From assembly GCF_006345805.1 (NCBI RefSeq), contig NC_043009.1:16926001-16990000 (forward strand): DNA of 64,000 nt, read 5' to 3'. The position numbers and the translations under genes were made by a program. This document shows positions 26,246 through 38,716 of the stretch, one piece after another (the first letter of the stretch is position 1; each line of letters starts with the position of its first letter). The stretch is from Octopus sinensis (taxonomy: Eukaryota). Under the pieces are notes generated by a model that worked only from the letters and a program-made list of their open reading frames with translations, was not told the DNA's origin and made no database searches.

Positions 26246-26782
26246 CTACAAGACAAACTGTAAACTGTTGGTGATGAACAAATCTGAGAAGATATAATAA
26301 TCAAGGAATACTTTTTCCAGACTTCAACTTGTTGTTTCTTCAACACATTATATGGACAATATACACCTATGAGCAGGACCGATTCCATGAATGCAAGACC
26401 TTTTAGGCCACACATTCATGATCCTATTCACTGCACCATTGAAGTTTATTAAAATCTTCTCAATATTTTCAGGATAGATAGAAACTCATCATCGTCATCA
26501 TCATCATTATAATCACCATCATTTAATGTCCTCTTTTCCATGCAGGTGTGGGTTGGATGGTTTGACATGAACAAACAAGCCATAGGGCTGTACTGAGCCT
26601 CAGTGTCTGCTTTGGCATGGTTTCTAAAGCTTTGATGTTCTCCCAAGTACCAACCACTTTGCAGAGTGTACAGGGTACTTGAGGTCATCAAGTACTCACA
26701 AAACAAGGCTCTTGGTATTAAGAGATATGGAAGTATGAGAGAGGTGTTTTGTTGAAGAGATGAATGCATGGCTTCCCTATTT

Positions 26783-26832
<50 letters not shown>

Positions 26833-26989
26833 AACGTGAGTTCAAGGTACAAGATCAATAAGAGAGAAAACAGGATAGAGGAACAGATGATTAGAGACAG
26901 GGATTGAGTGGGGCATAGTGAATATCAATTTGGGGGAGAGAAAGTGAAGGAAGGAAAATAAGAGTGGGTCAGGAAGGAGGAGATAAGGA

Positions 26990-27180
26990 GAGTAGTAGGG
27001 ATACAATGTGAAGTGCAAAGAGGGAGGAGGAAGAGATAAAGGACAATAGGGATACAATGTGAAGTGCAGGGTGGGAGGGGAAATAAGGAAGAGGAGTAGG
27101 AATACAATGGGAAGTGTAGGGGGAGGAAGAGGTGATAAGGGAGAGTAGTAGGGATCCAATGTGAAGTGCAGGGAGATAAA
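26990..27180. repeat. Purine-rich minisatellite, about 50-bp period, 4 copies
   Basis: Recurring GGGATACAATGTGAAGTGCA core. Confidence 0.8.
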
Positions 27181-28859
27181 TGGTATCATCTACAGCACCT
27201 TAATGAATCTTCAAATAAAAATTTGTTTTAAAAAATCTAATAAAATGACAATCCCAACAGAAACTATAATCTTTTAAGGATTGGCTGACTCTGTTGAGAG
27301 TTAAGAGTTCTTAGCAGAATGACTTCAATATCGCTAGCAATTTTGTTACATTTTTTGAACTTGACCATTCAGCTGAACACATCAAATAAGCATTCAGGGA
27401 CGGAATTATTGTACGTAACTGACATTAAAAATATTACCATCAGTTTGATAAGTTAACATACAGCATAACTAAACAAGATACTTAACTATAATTTTAAAAT
27501 AGTTACTCCATTCACTTCATTATTAAATGATTAGTGCCTTAAAAGACTTACAACTACAAGTAAAGATGGGATCTGGTGTTCCCAAGGCTCACTGTTTTGC
27601 CTAAACTTTTCTCCAGTACATTAATAAAATGTTGTCATTTACTTCAATTTTAACACCAATCCAAATGATACTATCCTTCACATCTTGACCTTTTGATCAT
27701 AAGTGTCAACCATATCCAATCTAGATGCCACAAGTCAAACCTGTACAGGCTCCACACTCAAAGACAATATTATTCAATAGCAAAAATGAACAGCAATGGC
27801 ACAAAAGAGAAACAATCTTCCACTTAACTCAGTCATACACGACATACAACTGAAATCCTCAGAGTTATTACATATGTGAGAGTTCATAATAATTGAATGT
27901 CTTTCTTGCAAATTTTACTTATATAATATAGCAAAACCCATCCTAAAGACAAGGCTCTCTCTTTGAGAAAATATTACTTCAGCTTCACAGTTACTGATGC
28001 TCTACAAAACTCAAGTGAAAGCCACATTTGGAGTGGCTCTACTGCCACACACAAAAATATCCTGCTTCACATCTTTCAGCAAACGAAAGCCATCCAACTA
28101 ATTGATAAACACCAACAGACTCCAGCCTCTGACCAACAGATGTGCTCTCTCCTCATCTATCTCTCAAATGCTGTGTATTCTTGCTGCTGTCCTCAGATGA
28201 CAGCATGCAATGTAGTTGAATACAGAATAGTCAGTAAATATTTACTTTCTTTAGCTTATCAACAACAAAACTCTCTTTTGTGACTGTAAAAGTGAAGGAG
28301 AGATAGTTTGGTATGGAGATATAGGATAAGTGAAAACCAAACAACTGACACCTTGCAAGGAACTCATCAGAGGAAAAGCAAAGGAGAAATGAGAATATAC
28401 AAACAGATTGGACTAGAGAACGTCATCATAATCATCAATATTTAATGTCTGTTTTCCATGCTGGCATGGGTTGGATGGCTTGACAAGAACTGGCAAAGCC
28501 ATGGGCTAAACCAGGTTCCATTGTCTGTTTTGGCTTGGTTTTTACAGCTGGATGCTCTTCCTAGCACTAACCACATTACAGAGAATACTGGGTGCTTTTT
28601 TACATGGCACTGGTATGGGCGCTTTTTATGTGGCACCATGGTTTTAGGATATCATAGCGATTAAATAAAATATCTGAAAAGATGGTATGCTAGTGGGAGT
28701 GTAAGGGAAATATTATTGTGATACTGGTCCTACCCATGCATGCATGGAAGACAGATGTTAAATGATGATGATGAGGAGGATGACAATGATGATTCTGGTG
28801 ATGTTGATGAAAACAATAATGGTGACAGAACTGACTGAACAGTTTTATAAACTTACCCC

Positions 28860-29367
28860 TGAGATATGCTGTGACTGTGAAGACCCGACAAATGAAGTGA
28901 GTTCATGGCTCGCAGGATGGCCTGCTGTGCTAACCTTGGATCACAGAGTGACCCGCTGTTCTTGAGGAGACCTATTTAGTCAAGTACGTCAACACCAACA
29001 TCAAAATAAAAATCAAATGGAAATTGTAGTTAAGACGCCTGTGCCAGTGACACATAAAAAGCACCGTCCGAATGTGGCAGATGCCAGCGCCCGCCTGACT
29101 GGCATCTGTGTCGGTGACATGTAAAAGCACCAACAGATCATGGCCGTTTGCCAGCCTCCTCTGGCCCCTGTGCTGGTGGCACATAAAAAAACACCCACTA
29201 CACTCATGGAATGGTTGGCATTAGGAAGGGCATCCAGCTGTAGAAACACTGCCAAACCAGACTGGAGCCTGGTACAGCCTCCATGGCTTACCAGACCCCA
29301 GTCGAACCGTCTGACCCATGCTAGCATGGAAAACGGACGTTAACCGATGATGATGATTGATGATGAT
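28860..29367 (+). mobile_element. SINE family C ((GAT)n-tailed), near full length
   Basis: Body AAGGGCATCCAGCTGTAGAAAC, tail CCCATGCTAGCATGGAAAACGGACGTT..(GAT)n; other copies at 14923-15060(-), 21233-21550(-), 26480-26720(-), 28430-28640(-), 42050-42260(-), 56680-57150(-), 58480-59000(-), 59550-59835(+). Confidence 0.82.
28863..28939 (+). ncRNA. Candidate decayed HDV-like ribozyme at SINE 5' end
   Basis: P3 GAG/CTC around L3 TTCATGG, then P1' GCAGGAT, J1/4 GG, J4/2 GCTAA, P2' CCTTGG; P1 and P2 5' strands only partly complementary. Confidence 0.4.
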
Positions 29368-29886
29368 ATATTTGTTTAAGCATTTGTTAATGGTTTTCTT
29401 TCATTTAATTAGTGAACTCTCTTCATTTCTTTCTGCTCTCAGCTATTCATCCACTCATTCATGGAGATAAACTGCAGTCATTTATTGGTAAATTGCCAAT
29501 GCTGGCAAGTCCTTGGCAATCTGACCAATATAGAAAACTTAGGAGTGACTCAACAGAATTATGTATTCAACATTAGAGCAACAGTCATTCAAACTGAAGT
29601 CACAACTACTTGCCAATTACATCAAGTATAATTTCACACTAACTGCTATTAAAGGTGATTATTTCTAACCTCAGTAAAATGCATCTTGTGCAAAGCTAGA
29701 ACATAATGTCCATGATACAACACAGCTGGTTCTACCAATTGTCTCACTCAAATTATAGTCCCATTCCACTTGCCTTTTTGGCAACTAGCTTTAATACTTC
29801 TGAACTAATAGAAAACATTGTTTATTACATGACAAGGTCAATATTTCTGTAGTAATGATAAAGCCAATAAAAGTCATTCCTAAAGA

Positions 29887-29926
<40 letters not shown>

Positions 29927-30052
29927 CAGAAAGTTAATGCTTATGGAATGTGAAGTCAAGATAGAGAGAAATGTAACTGAATGTCCCATGGTTCTTCGTC
30001 TACTGCTCAACCAATTCTACCAAAATAACTTCAAGAAAGGAGTAAAAATAAC

Positions 30053-30144
30053 CTCAAGGGGATCAGGTGCTGCTTCCTCTTCAGGTGGGGCTTCTGCTAC
30101 AGGTTCTTCTTCCGGTTTCTCCTCTTTGGTTTCAACAACAGGTT
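30053..30144 (-). CDS. DNAI7: DNAI7 exon 7 (Glu/Pro-rich linker)
   Basis: gttctag|AACCTG...CTTGAG|gttatt; 92 nt, phase 1 to 0; PVVETKEEKPEEEPVAEAPPEEEAAPDPLE. Phases fit both neighbours; the donor is weak. Confidence 0.8.
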
Positions 30145-30427
30145 CTAGAACAATCAAAGATATTATTTAACAGTTTATGTATTTCCAAGCCCAGTAAGAT
30201 CTTTAACTTGTTTCTGTCATTAGACTGCGGCCATGCTGGGGCACTGCCTCGAAGAATGTTTAGTCGAATGAAATCAACCACCCTACTTGTTTCTTTTTTA
30301 AAGCCGGGTACTTAATCTGTTGGCCTCTTTCACCTAACCACGAAACCATGGCAACATAAACACACCACCACCAGTTGTCAAACAGTCATGGGGGGGGGGG
30401 GGACAAATACAGACACAAAGACAGACA

Positions 30428-30472
<45 letters not shown>

Positions 30473-31111
30473 ACACACCACAGGCTATCAATACATCTTG
30501 GCTGTGTTCCTTGTATATATATGTGTGTGTGTGTGTGTATGTATATATATACATATTAGAGGGAAACCACTATGTGGACACCCTTATGCTAGAAATAGAT
30601 CCGCTATGGTCTTAGCAGATCTATTTCTAGCATAAGGGTATCCAAATAGTAGTTTTCCTCTAATATGTATATAATACAATTTTACTGAACCTTCATTTTT
30701 TTTTATATGCTAGACCACTGGTGTGAAATCGATGTTAATTAAATTAATATCTAATTTCTCACCCTCATTTTAAATATATGTATATATATATATATAAACA
30801 CTTTATTAAAAAGCAGCAAGAAAATCACAAAAGCTGTTACTCAGAGTTTCACATTCCCGTTTGTTGGACAGTTTTGTTTAGAATAGAACAAAATAAGGTT
30901 ACATGCATATATATATATATATATATATGCAGTTGCTTTGATAGATACACATTTGAAAATAGCTTTGTTTCATTGGTCCTTTCAAGTAACGGTCTTTTCA
31001 ATAACTGGTTGCATGAAGTTACAATTGCAGTTTGAAATCATATTATTATAAAAATCGAAGAAAGCTTCAAATCAAAAATAGCTTATGGAGAAGGAAAAAA
31101 GACCTGAATGC

Positions 31112-31179
31112 CCAGATAACCGAAGAGATGGTGGTGTGGATTTCCACCTCGGCATCTGAAACTCAGAGTTTTATCTTGG
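31112..31179 (+). ncRNA. Decayed hammerhead (U4 to C, 1-nt register defect at stem II)
   Basis: AGATAA CCGAAGA GATG...CATC T GAAA CTC-A-GAG T T TTATCT; stems I, II and III all pair. Confidence 0.55.
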
Positions 31180-32189
31180 CTACCGAATAATTGTCACATA
31201 TTATTTTACAGATAAATTTCCTCTATTTACATAATATTGAGGTCTCTTTCTTTCTTTTGTTATCTTACCGTTTTTACCAATATGTATATATATATATAAA
31301 TACAGACATGCATAACAAGCTACCAATACATCTCTTGGTTAGTCCAGGGCTACTATAATAGAAGGCAGTCCTCCAAAGTGATGCACTGTGGTACTGAACC
31401 CCAAATCTCATGGTTTTGAAGGCAAACCCCTTTACCACTATATCAGATAATAAAATCAGTTGTATGATACGCCATTAGTAAAACTGCTTCATCCCCAGTG
31501 AATCATAAGGCAGCAATTATCTGCCTGCATCAGGTTTGCATTTGTTGCAGGACTTGCCTTGAATGCTTTCTGGATACATCACACCTAGCAAGGCGGTGAG
31601 CTGGCAGAATCATTAGGACCCCTGGCAAAATGCTTAGTGGCATTTCATCCATCTTTACAGTCTGAGTTCAAATAGTGTTGAGGTTGACTTTGCCTCTTAT
31701 CCTTTCAGGATCAATAAAATACAAGTACCAGCTGAGCATTGGGATCAGTCTAACTGACATAACACCTTCCCCCAAATTTCTGGCTTTGAATCAAAATTTG
31801 AAACCAGTGATGGCAATTTTCTCATACACAATCTGAAACATTGGCAATGTTTGATTTTTTTGATCCTTGCACTTCATAGTTATGGTTGCATAAACTTTGT
31901 GATACATACACTCACATACACATACCAAAATATACACACTGACTTAATATATTTGTTTGTAAATATGTATAAATGTGTGTTTATCAATATTCATACAAAT
32001 TCCATTTTTTAACTCCCTCTACCTGTTATTTCTATGAGGATGGAGTCTATGTGTATATGATATGTATGTATATTATGTGTGAGCGTGTGTGTGTGGGGGG
32101 GGGTGCATGCATGTGTGCATGCATATATGCATTTATATACTACACATAGAGATATGTCCAAACCACAAATCCCTTCAGGGAGATGACCC

Positions 32190-33010
32190 TGCTCAGTATG
32201 CAGAGAAGGTGTGTGTAGAAATTTCCTAAGGTGTACTGTGCAAGCTATGGACACACAAGAGGTACAGCAGAACCAAAGGAAGGTTATCTCAGAAAGTCTT
32301 TTTGTGTGTGGCAGATGCGGAGATACAATAAACACTAGGAATGTACAGAAAATAAAACTTTGCCCTCAAGGATACTTAGAAGTAGTAGCTAGCGACCAGG
32401 TCAGCAGTAGAGGAAGATGCTCTGAGAGCACAGCTGCTAGGATAACACTGAACTGGGCAAAGTTCAGGGAGCTGTTACCTTTGTTGGTTACAAAGGGCCT
32501 CTTCCTCAGAGGGAAAAACAGATTGTATGATCCTTGTATGTAAACAGCCATGCTACATGGCAGTGAAACATGGACTGTGACTGCAGAGTACATGCAAAGG
32601 CTTGAAAGAAAAGAAGCCAAGCTGCTTCATTGGGTATGCATATATAACAGAGTGTAAGTGTCTTAAGAGAAAAACTGGGAATAAGAAGCTTTAGACATAA
32701 TGTGCAAAAAGAGAAGACTGCACTGGTATGGTCATGTGATATGTATGGATGAGGATGGCTGCATAAAGAAGTGCTGATCTCTAGTGGAGGGAACATGTGG
32801 AAGAGGCAGACCCAGGAAGATGTTGGACGAGATGGTGAAATATGATCCTCAGCTATTGAGTCTCACAAAGGCAAAGACAAGTGATCAAGAGTTCTGGTGA
32901 TTTGTTGTGCTTGAGAAGACGTGTCCAGCTAAGGGAAACTATGGTCGTGGCCAGTGCCAGGGACACATGAAAAGCACCTGTTCCAGTGATACACAAAAGG
33001 CACCTGTGCT
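32190..33010 (+). mobile_element. Decayed RTE-clade LINE 3' part
   Basis: ORF 32211..32543 ...GRCSESTAARITLNWAKFRELLPLLVTKGLFLRGK.RLYD.C.; downstream LHWYGHV...GTCGRGRPRK. Confidence 0.85.
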
Positions 33011-33232
33011 AGTGACATGTAAAAGGCATCTGTGCTGGTGACTTGCTTCTGATTGGAGATACACATGTCATCAGCCCCTAAGGGACATGCTCAACTGATT
33101 AAGGTCAAACAAGAATATCTGAATATTTCAGTGGCACATCTTTTACATCAAGACAAAACATGTATATATTAACACTTCCAATCAATTAATATCAAAAGCC
33201 ATGAGACTCACTGGCTGGTATTGCATCAGAGC

Positions 33233-33286
<54 letters not shown>

Positions 33287-33308
33287 TACTACTACTACTA
33301 CTACTATC

Positions 33309-33545
33309 AAAGCAGTGGGCTGGCGGAATCATTAGCATGCCAGGCAAAATGCCTAACGGCATTTCATCCGTCCTTATGTTCTGAGTTCAAATTCTGTCAA
33401 AGTCAACTTTGCCATTCATCCTTTTGGGGTTGATAAAATAAGTACGAGTTGAGTGTTGGGATTGACATAGTCATCTCATCCCCTGCCCTGAAATTGCTGG
33501 TTTTGTACGTATAGTAGAAAAGATTATTATTATTATTATTATTGA
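33309..33545 (+). mobile_element. SINE family B
   Basis: GGCAG.G.GCTGGC.GAATC.TTAGC...TTCTGAGTTCAAATTC...TCATCCTTT.GGGG..GATAAAATAAGTAC; other copies at 1282-1495, 5405-5630(-), 18835-19008(-), 31588-31810, 35162-35372, 47795-48016, 50897-51105. Confidence 0.82.
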
Positions 33546-34252
33546 TATCATTCATTGATTGAATAATTTCAATTAATTTTAGAATGTAACTTTAGTGTGG
33601 TTGCCCAATCTAGAAATCACAGCCAAACACCCTGTCTTAAAAACAACAATTAACAACATTACAACCTCCCTTATGCAGCTGCAGCAGCAACAACAACAGC
33701 AGCAGTAATACAAAAAGTCGCATTTTTATGAAAATTTACTAAAGTAGCAGTTATTAAGATTTTACAATTCATTTCAAAATGAACAAGATGCTTGCTAGAA
33801 TAAAAATTACATGATTACAGCCTAATGCCTGATTGCCTTGTTCTTAATTATTATAAAGCGACTCCTGCTCTTATATATTGATGATGCAGAGATGAGAAAT
33901 GTAGAGTTATGTACTTTGTCTTATAAAAGTTATATAGATGTTTTGAAACCATTGATGCGGTTATGAAGTACAAAATAAAGCTTGGAAGATGCGCATGGAG
34001 AAATATGTTCAACTGAATCAGTTTGTCCTAAAGCAGTTGATTCAGTTAGATGTATTTCTTTTGAAAACTGTACCAATTTTCCATGAGTTTTCAGCACCTG
34101 GTAATGGTTATATCAGAAGGAAAGCAAATGTGTGTAATATCATGATACTTTATTAGTGACATTTGTAGAGTGTGTTGATGGTATTGTGTACAGGTGATGC
34201 AATGTGTATTTTAAGCTTGGTGACATAAAGCATATACTAGCTTGCAACTTAC

Positions 34253-34407
34253 CATCAGATGCCTTCTTATTTGCTTTGTAGGATGTACACTGTTCAGACA
34301 AGTGATCATATGTGGTGTAAAGGAGAGCAACAGCACAGTCAGTCAGGGCCAACACTTTAGGGATATCAAAACTAAATCCAAATTCTTTAAACTCATATGA
34401 TTTGATC
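34253..34407 (-). CDS. DNAI7: DNAI7 exon 6
   Basis: tccttag|GATCAA...CTGATG|gtaagt; 155 nt, phase 2 to 1; IKSYEFKEFGFSFDIPKVLALTDCAVALLYTTYDHLS matches CASC1 GFEIPRILATSDIAVRLLHTHYDHVS. Confidence 0.95.
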
Positions 34408-35807
34408 CTAAGGAAATATAAAGAAATAACATAGATTTAAGATAACATTAAAGATTGTGATGATGAGAAGTAAAAGAATGTCAATATGAAAATGGTGGAC
34501 AACAAACGTTATGGAAAGCAAATGTACTAATGTATAAGTCATGCAATACTGACTACAATTATTTAAACTACTGAAAAATATCAAATCAGAGAAGGTATTT
34601 AAATGAGCTTGATGAAACAGTTAAATAGAGAACTGAAATGAAAAGCCAGCAAATTGTACAATACTAAAAGAGAGTAAAATTTTTCAGTCAAGATATTCTT
34701 AGTAAATCCAAAATAATTTTATAGAGAACTGAGTCACAGAAAGACATTGCTATACAACTGCATGAAAGAATTTCTCAAGGAAATTATGAAAGGAACACCT
34801 GTAGAACAATTGTATACTGAAAGAAGACCTTAGCACTTCTGCAAATCAGGACTGGTAAATATATTTTCCAAAAGGTAATCAAATAATTTACACTTCTCTT
34901 CAATAATGTTATGAATCACTGAATCAAACAGCAAGGTGTTTCATTAAGGATATCCAATGCATTCACTAATAAAGTTCCTAAGTAAATAAAAATCCTCAGA
35001 ATTACAAAGCAACCAATAAGCTGTCTAATAACCATGCAAATTTAGTGAGGATCACATTTTTATATGAGGCAAACTGGTGACACAGACTCAACAGAACCAA
35101 GATATTTATCTACAATAAGCTTTCATTACGATCATATTTCACTTCGATATGAGTACAGTCTCAAGGCAGCAAGCTGGCAGAGTCATTAGCAAAATACTTA
35201 GCAGTATTTTTTCTATTATGTTCTGCATCCAAATTCTGCAGAGGTTAATTTTGCCTTTTATCTTTTTGGGGTTGATAAAAATAAGTACCCGTTGGACACT
35301 GGGGAATCGATGTAACTGAGTAGCCCCTTCCCCCATAATTGCTGGCTTTGTGCCAAAAACTGAAATCAATATGAGGAAAGACTCAGTTATCAAACTTACC
35401 ACATTAAATTAATACATTCTTCATTATTTATCATCCACATAGATACTATTTTCATGTTTCTGCCTAAGTCTGTGGAGAATTTTCTCTCTTTTGTTCCATT
35501 TATCAGGTCTACTTATTTGGGGTTTGATCTCATTTTCATTTCAAGCCTACTTCTAATTACCATTTCCTCAGCCCAGATTTTCTTCCCAGCATGCATCACT
35601 TATTCTTATACCATTCTTGCTTTTGCTTAAACCAATGCTTCAATAGCTTCACTAGAATCTCTTACCCAAGTTTAAATACAACACATTTGACACATCTAAC
35701 ACAGTTGATTCTTCTTCAGTCACAGATCAGATGAAAATACTTCATTAGATGGCTGATATACATATGGAATTATACATATGTGTGTGTGTGTGCTAGTATA
35801 TATATAT

Positions 35808-36785
35808 ATATATGTAATGTGACCAAATATGGTCTATTTTCCAACATAGTCCCCCTTACAGTCCACACACTTCTTCCATCGGTGTTGCAGTGCTTGGATC
35901 CCCATTGATGTAAAGGCTTTCATCCTGTTGCTTGAAAAAGTCATTGACAGCAGACATGACATCATCATCATCATCACTGCAATACTAGTTCTCAGCCAAC
36001 TGTTTCTACATGCTGGGAAACTGATGATGGTCAGATGGGGCCATATCAAGAGAATAGGGGAGGTGGTCAACCAGTTCAAAGCCAAAGTCATGGACAGCAA
36101 CCATTGAAGCCAAGGACTCGTGTGCTGAACCTTTGTTCTGATAAAACAACACCCCTTTTGTCAGTTTTCCTAAGTGTTTGACATTGAAAGGCTTTCATAA
36201 CTGCCTCAGTAATTTCGCATAGTTCTCTCCATTGATGGTGTGGCCCTTTAGAAGATCGTCAATAAACTCAATGCCTTTTGCATCCTCAAAATTTGAGACC
36301 ATCACCTTCTCTGCAGATGAAACAACTTTGTCCTTCTTTGAAGCAGGAGAGAAGGGATGTTTCCATTGCATGGATTGTCTCTTTGTCTCTGACTCAAAGT
36401 GATGAAGCCAACACTCATCCTGGATTCGGAAACATTCAAGGAAACCAGCTGGAGCTGCCTCAAACAATGTCAGATTTTCCCGTGATGCGATCAGCCAGTG
36501 TACTTTTGATCAGGTGTCAGAAGACGTAGCACCGACTGAGCAGAAACCTTTATCATACCAAGTTCATTGTGCAGAATATTCTCAACTCTCTCACAGGATA
36601 TGACAACAGCATTGGTTATTTCATTTACAGTCAATTGCCTGCCATCCATCAACATGTGGTGAACACGATCAATGTTTTCCTTGGTGGTGGTAATTTCAGG
36701 ATGAAGGACCTTAGATCACTTCCAAGACTCTCTAGCATCACTCCTTTATAGTCAGCCTATGAACTTTACAGCCCACTTTCATACA
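35808..36785 (-). mobile_element. Mariner transposon relic
   Basis: ORF 36195..36467 DECWLHHFESETKRQSMQWKH...KVM...DAKGI..ID.L.KGHTINGE.YA.LLRQL; ORF 35834..36100 ends W.KCVDCKGDYV.K; one TIR-like end near 36750-36785. Confidence 0.9.
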
Positions 36786-37027
36786 TGTGTGTGTATGTGT
36801 GTGTGTGTGTGTACACACAGATCTGTAATATATAATATATGAATTTACATTTATACTCTGAATCAACATATTCTTACAAAATGAAATAAAATTGGTGCAG
36901 GTACTGTTGTTGTAGTTTAGCTTCAGATCAACCTTGATCAAGCATACATAAGAGGAAGACATTCCAACCATGATCATCCTGACTTACTTTTTTCTAAGAT
37001 TTTAATTTGAATGTAGTGAATAGGAAA

Positions 37028-37182
37028 AGGCATGCCTGTGTGGTAAAAAGTTTGCTTCTGAACCACATGGTTTCAGGTTCAGTCCCACTGTGTAGTGCCT
37101 TGGAAGGTGTCTTCTATTATAGCCTAAGGCCAACCAAAACCTTGTGAGACAATTTGATAAATGGAAACTGAAAGAAGTTCAC

Positions 37183-37237
<55 letters not shown>

Positions 37238-37485
37238 GTGTAAGTGTATATGTGACTTTGTATCTGTGTTTGTCCCCAACCACTGCTGGACAACTGGTGT
37301 TGCTGTGTTTACATTCCAGTAACTTAGTGGTTCAGCAAAAAAGACTGACAGAATAAGTACCCAACTTAAAAACAAAAAAAAGTATTGGGGTTGAATTGTT
37401 CAAAAATAATTCTTTGAGGCCATACCCCAGCATGGCCACAGTCTAATGACTGAAACAAGTAAAAGAAAAACAGGAAAAGATAAAA
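37028..37485 (+). mobile_element. SINE family A, full length
   Basis: Head, central (GT/GA)n, tail ATGGCCACAGTCTAATGACTGAAACAAGTAAAAGA. Confidence 0.85.
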
Positions 37486-37529
37486 GATCTCATGGTGTGC
37501 TAGTGATGTAAGTTTAAATACATAGATTT

Positions 37530-38350
37530 ACAGTTGAACTCTGTCTTTTCAGACTAACTGGCATCACCGCCAATCCAGGCACACAACTCCCCAAAGGTGA
37601 CCTGCCCACCTGATCTGTGCTCTCCTCAGCAGTGTGTAATTGCTTAGCAGATCAGCTCAAGAGAGAACCTCTATGCCTAGGACCTTGTCTTGCTAGGTGA
37701 TTTTCAGCAGCTTTCTCACTCGCAGGTACACCTTCATCTTTGTGGTCAGCCTAATGCTTCATCTCCCACACTGATCCATGTAGCTGCCCAAATGTGAGCT
37801 TTCCTCGGTAATGTGTGTATCAACCTCATTGTCAATGTTCACATCCCTGGAGAGTGTACAAGAGAAAGGAAAACAAGCAGTCCTGTGACAATCCATGCGA
37901 AATTTCTCTCCTTATTATCACTGGCAAGATATTTGCAAGAGTCCTCCTTAACCAACACACTCAGCACATGGATGGCTCAGTGTAGCTTCAGAAAGGGCTA
38001 TGGAATAGTCAACATGATCTTTGCAGCAACCAACGTCAGAAGTTTTAAGAACAGAGCAGGAACTTATATATGACATTTGTAGACCTAACCAAGGCCTTTG
38101 ACACGTTAAGTCATGAGGGACTCTGGAAAATCATGGGAAAGTTTGGCTGCTTGGACAAATTAATCAATATGGTGCAACAGTTTTATGACAGAATGCTCAT
38201 TCAGGAACTGAACAAGACAGGTCTTTCTGATGCATCCCCCAGCCACAAACAGAGTTAAGCAGGACTATGTCCCCACAGCAATGCTGTTCAGCATGAAGTT
38301 CTCAGCCATACAGTTGGATACCTTCTGCAGCAACAAAGAAACTAGCATCG
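37530..38350. mobile_element. RTE (BovB-like) LINE relic with two pieces in opposite orientation
   Basis: Plus 37880-38350: FVDLTKAFDT...LWKIM.KFGC..K; minus 37530-37860: TLSRDVNIDNEVD.HI...IRLTTKMKVY. Confidence 0.75.
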
Positions 38351-38359
38351 AGATCAGAG

Positions 38360-38685
38360 CCATACATGCATACATACATACACACACACACACACACAAT
38401 CATACATATGTACAATGATACATCATACACATACATACATACATACATACATACATACATACATACATACATACGTACATACATACATGCATGCATGCAT
38501 GCATACATACATACATACATGCATACACACACACACACAATCATACATATGTACAATGATACATCATACACATACATACATACATACATACATACATACA
38601 TACGTACATACATACATAAATGCATGCATGCATACATACATACATACATGCATGCACACACACACAATCATACATATGTACAATG

Positions 38686-38710
<25 letters not shown>
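38360..38710. repeat. Compound microsatellite array with higher-order duplication
   Basis: (CATA)n/(CA)n blocks with repeated CAATCATACATATGTACAATGATAC; explains the spurious overlapping ORFs here. Confidence 0.9.
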
Positions 38711-38716
<6 letters not shown>

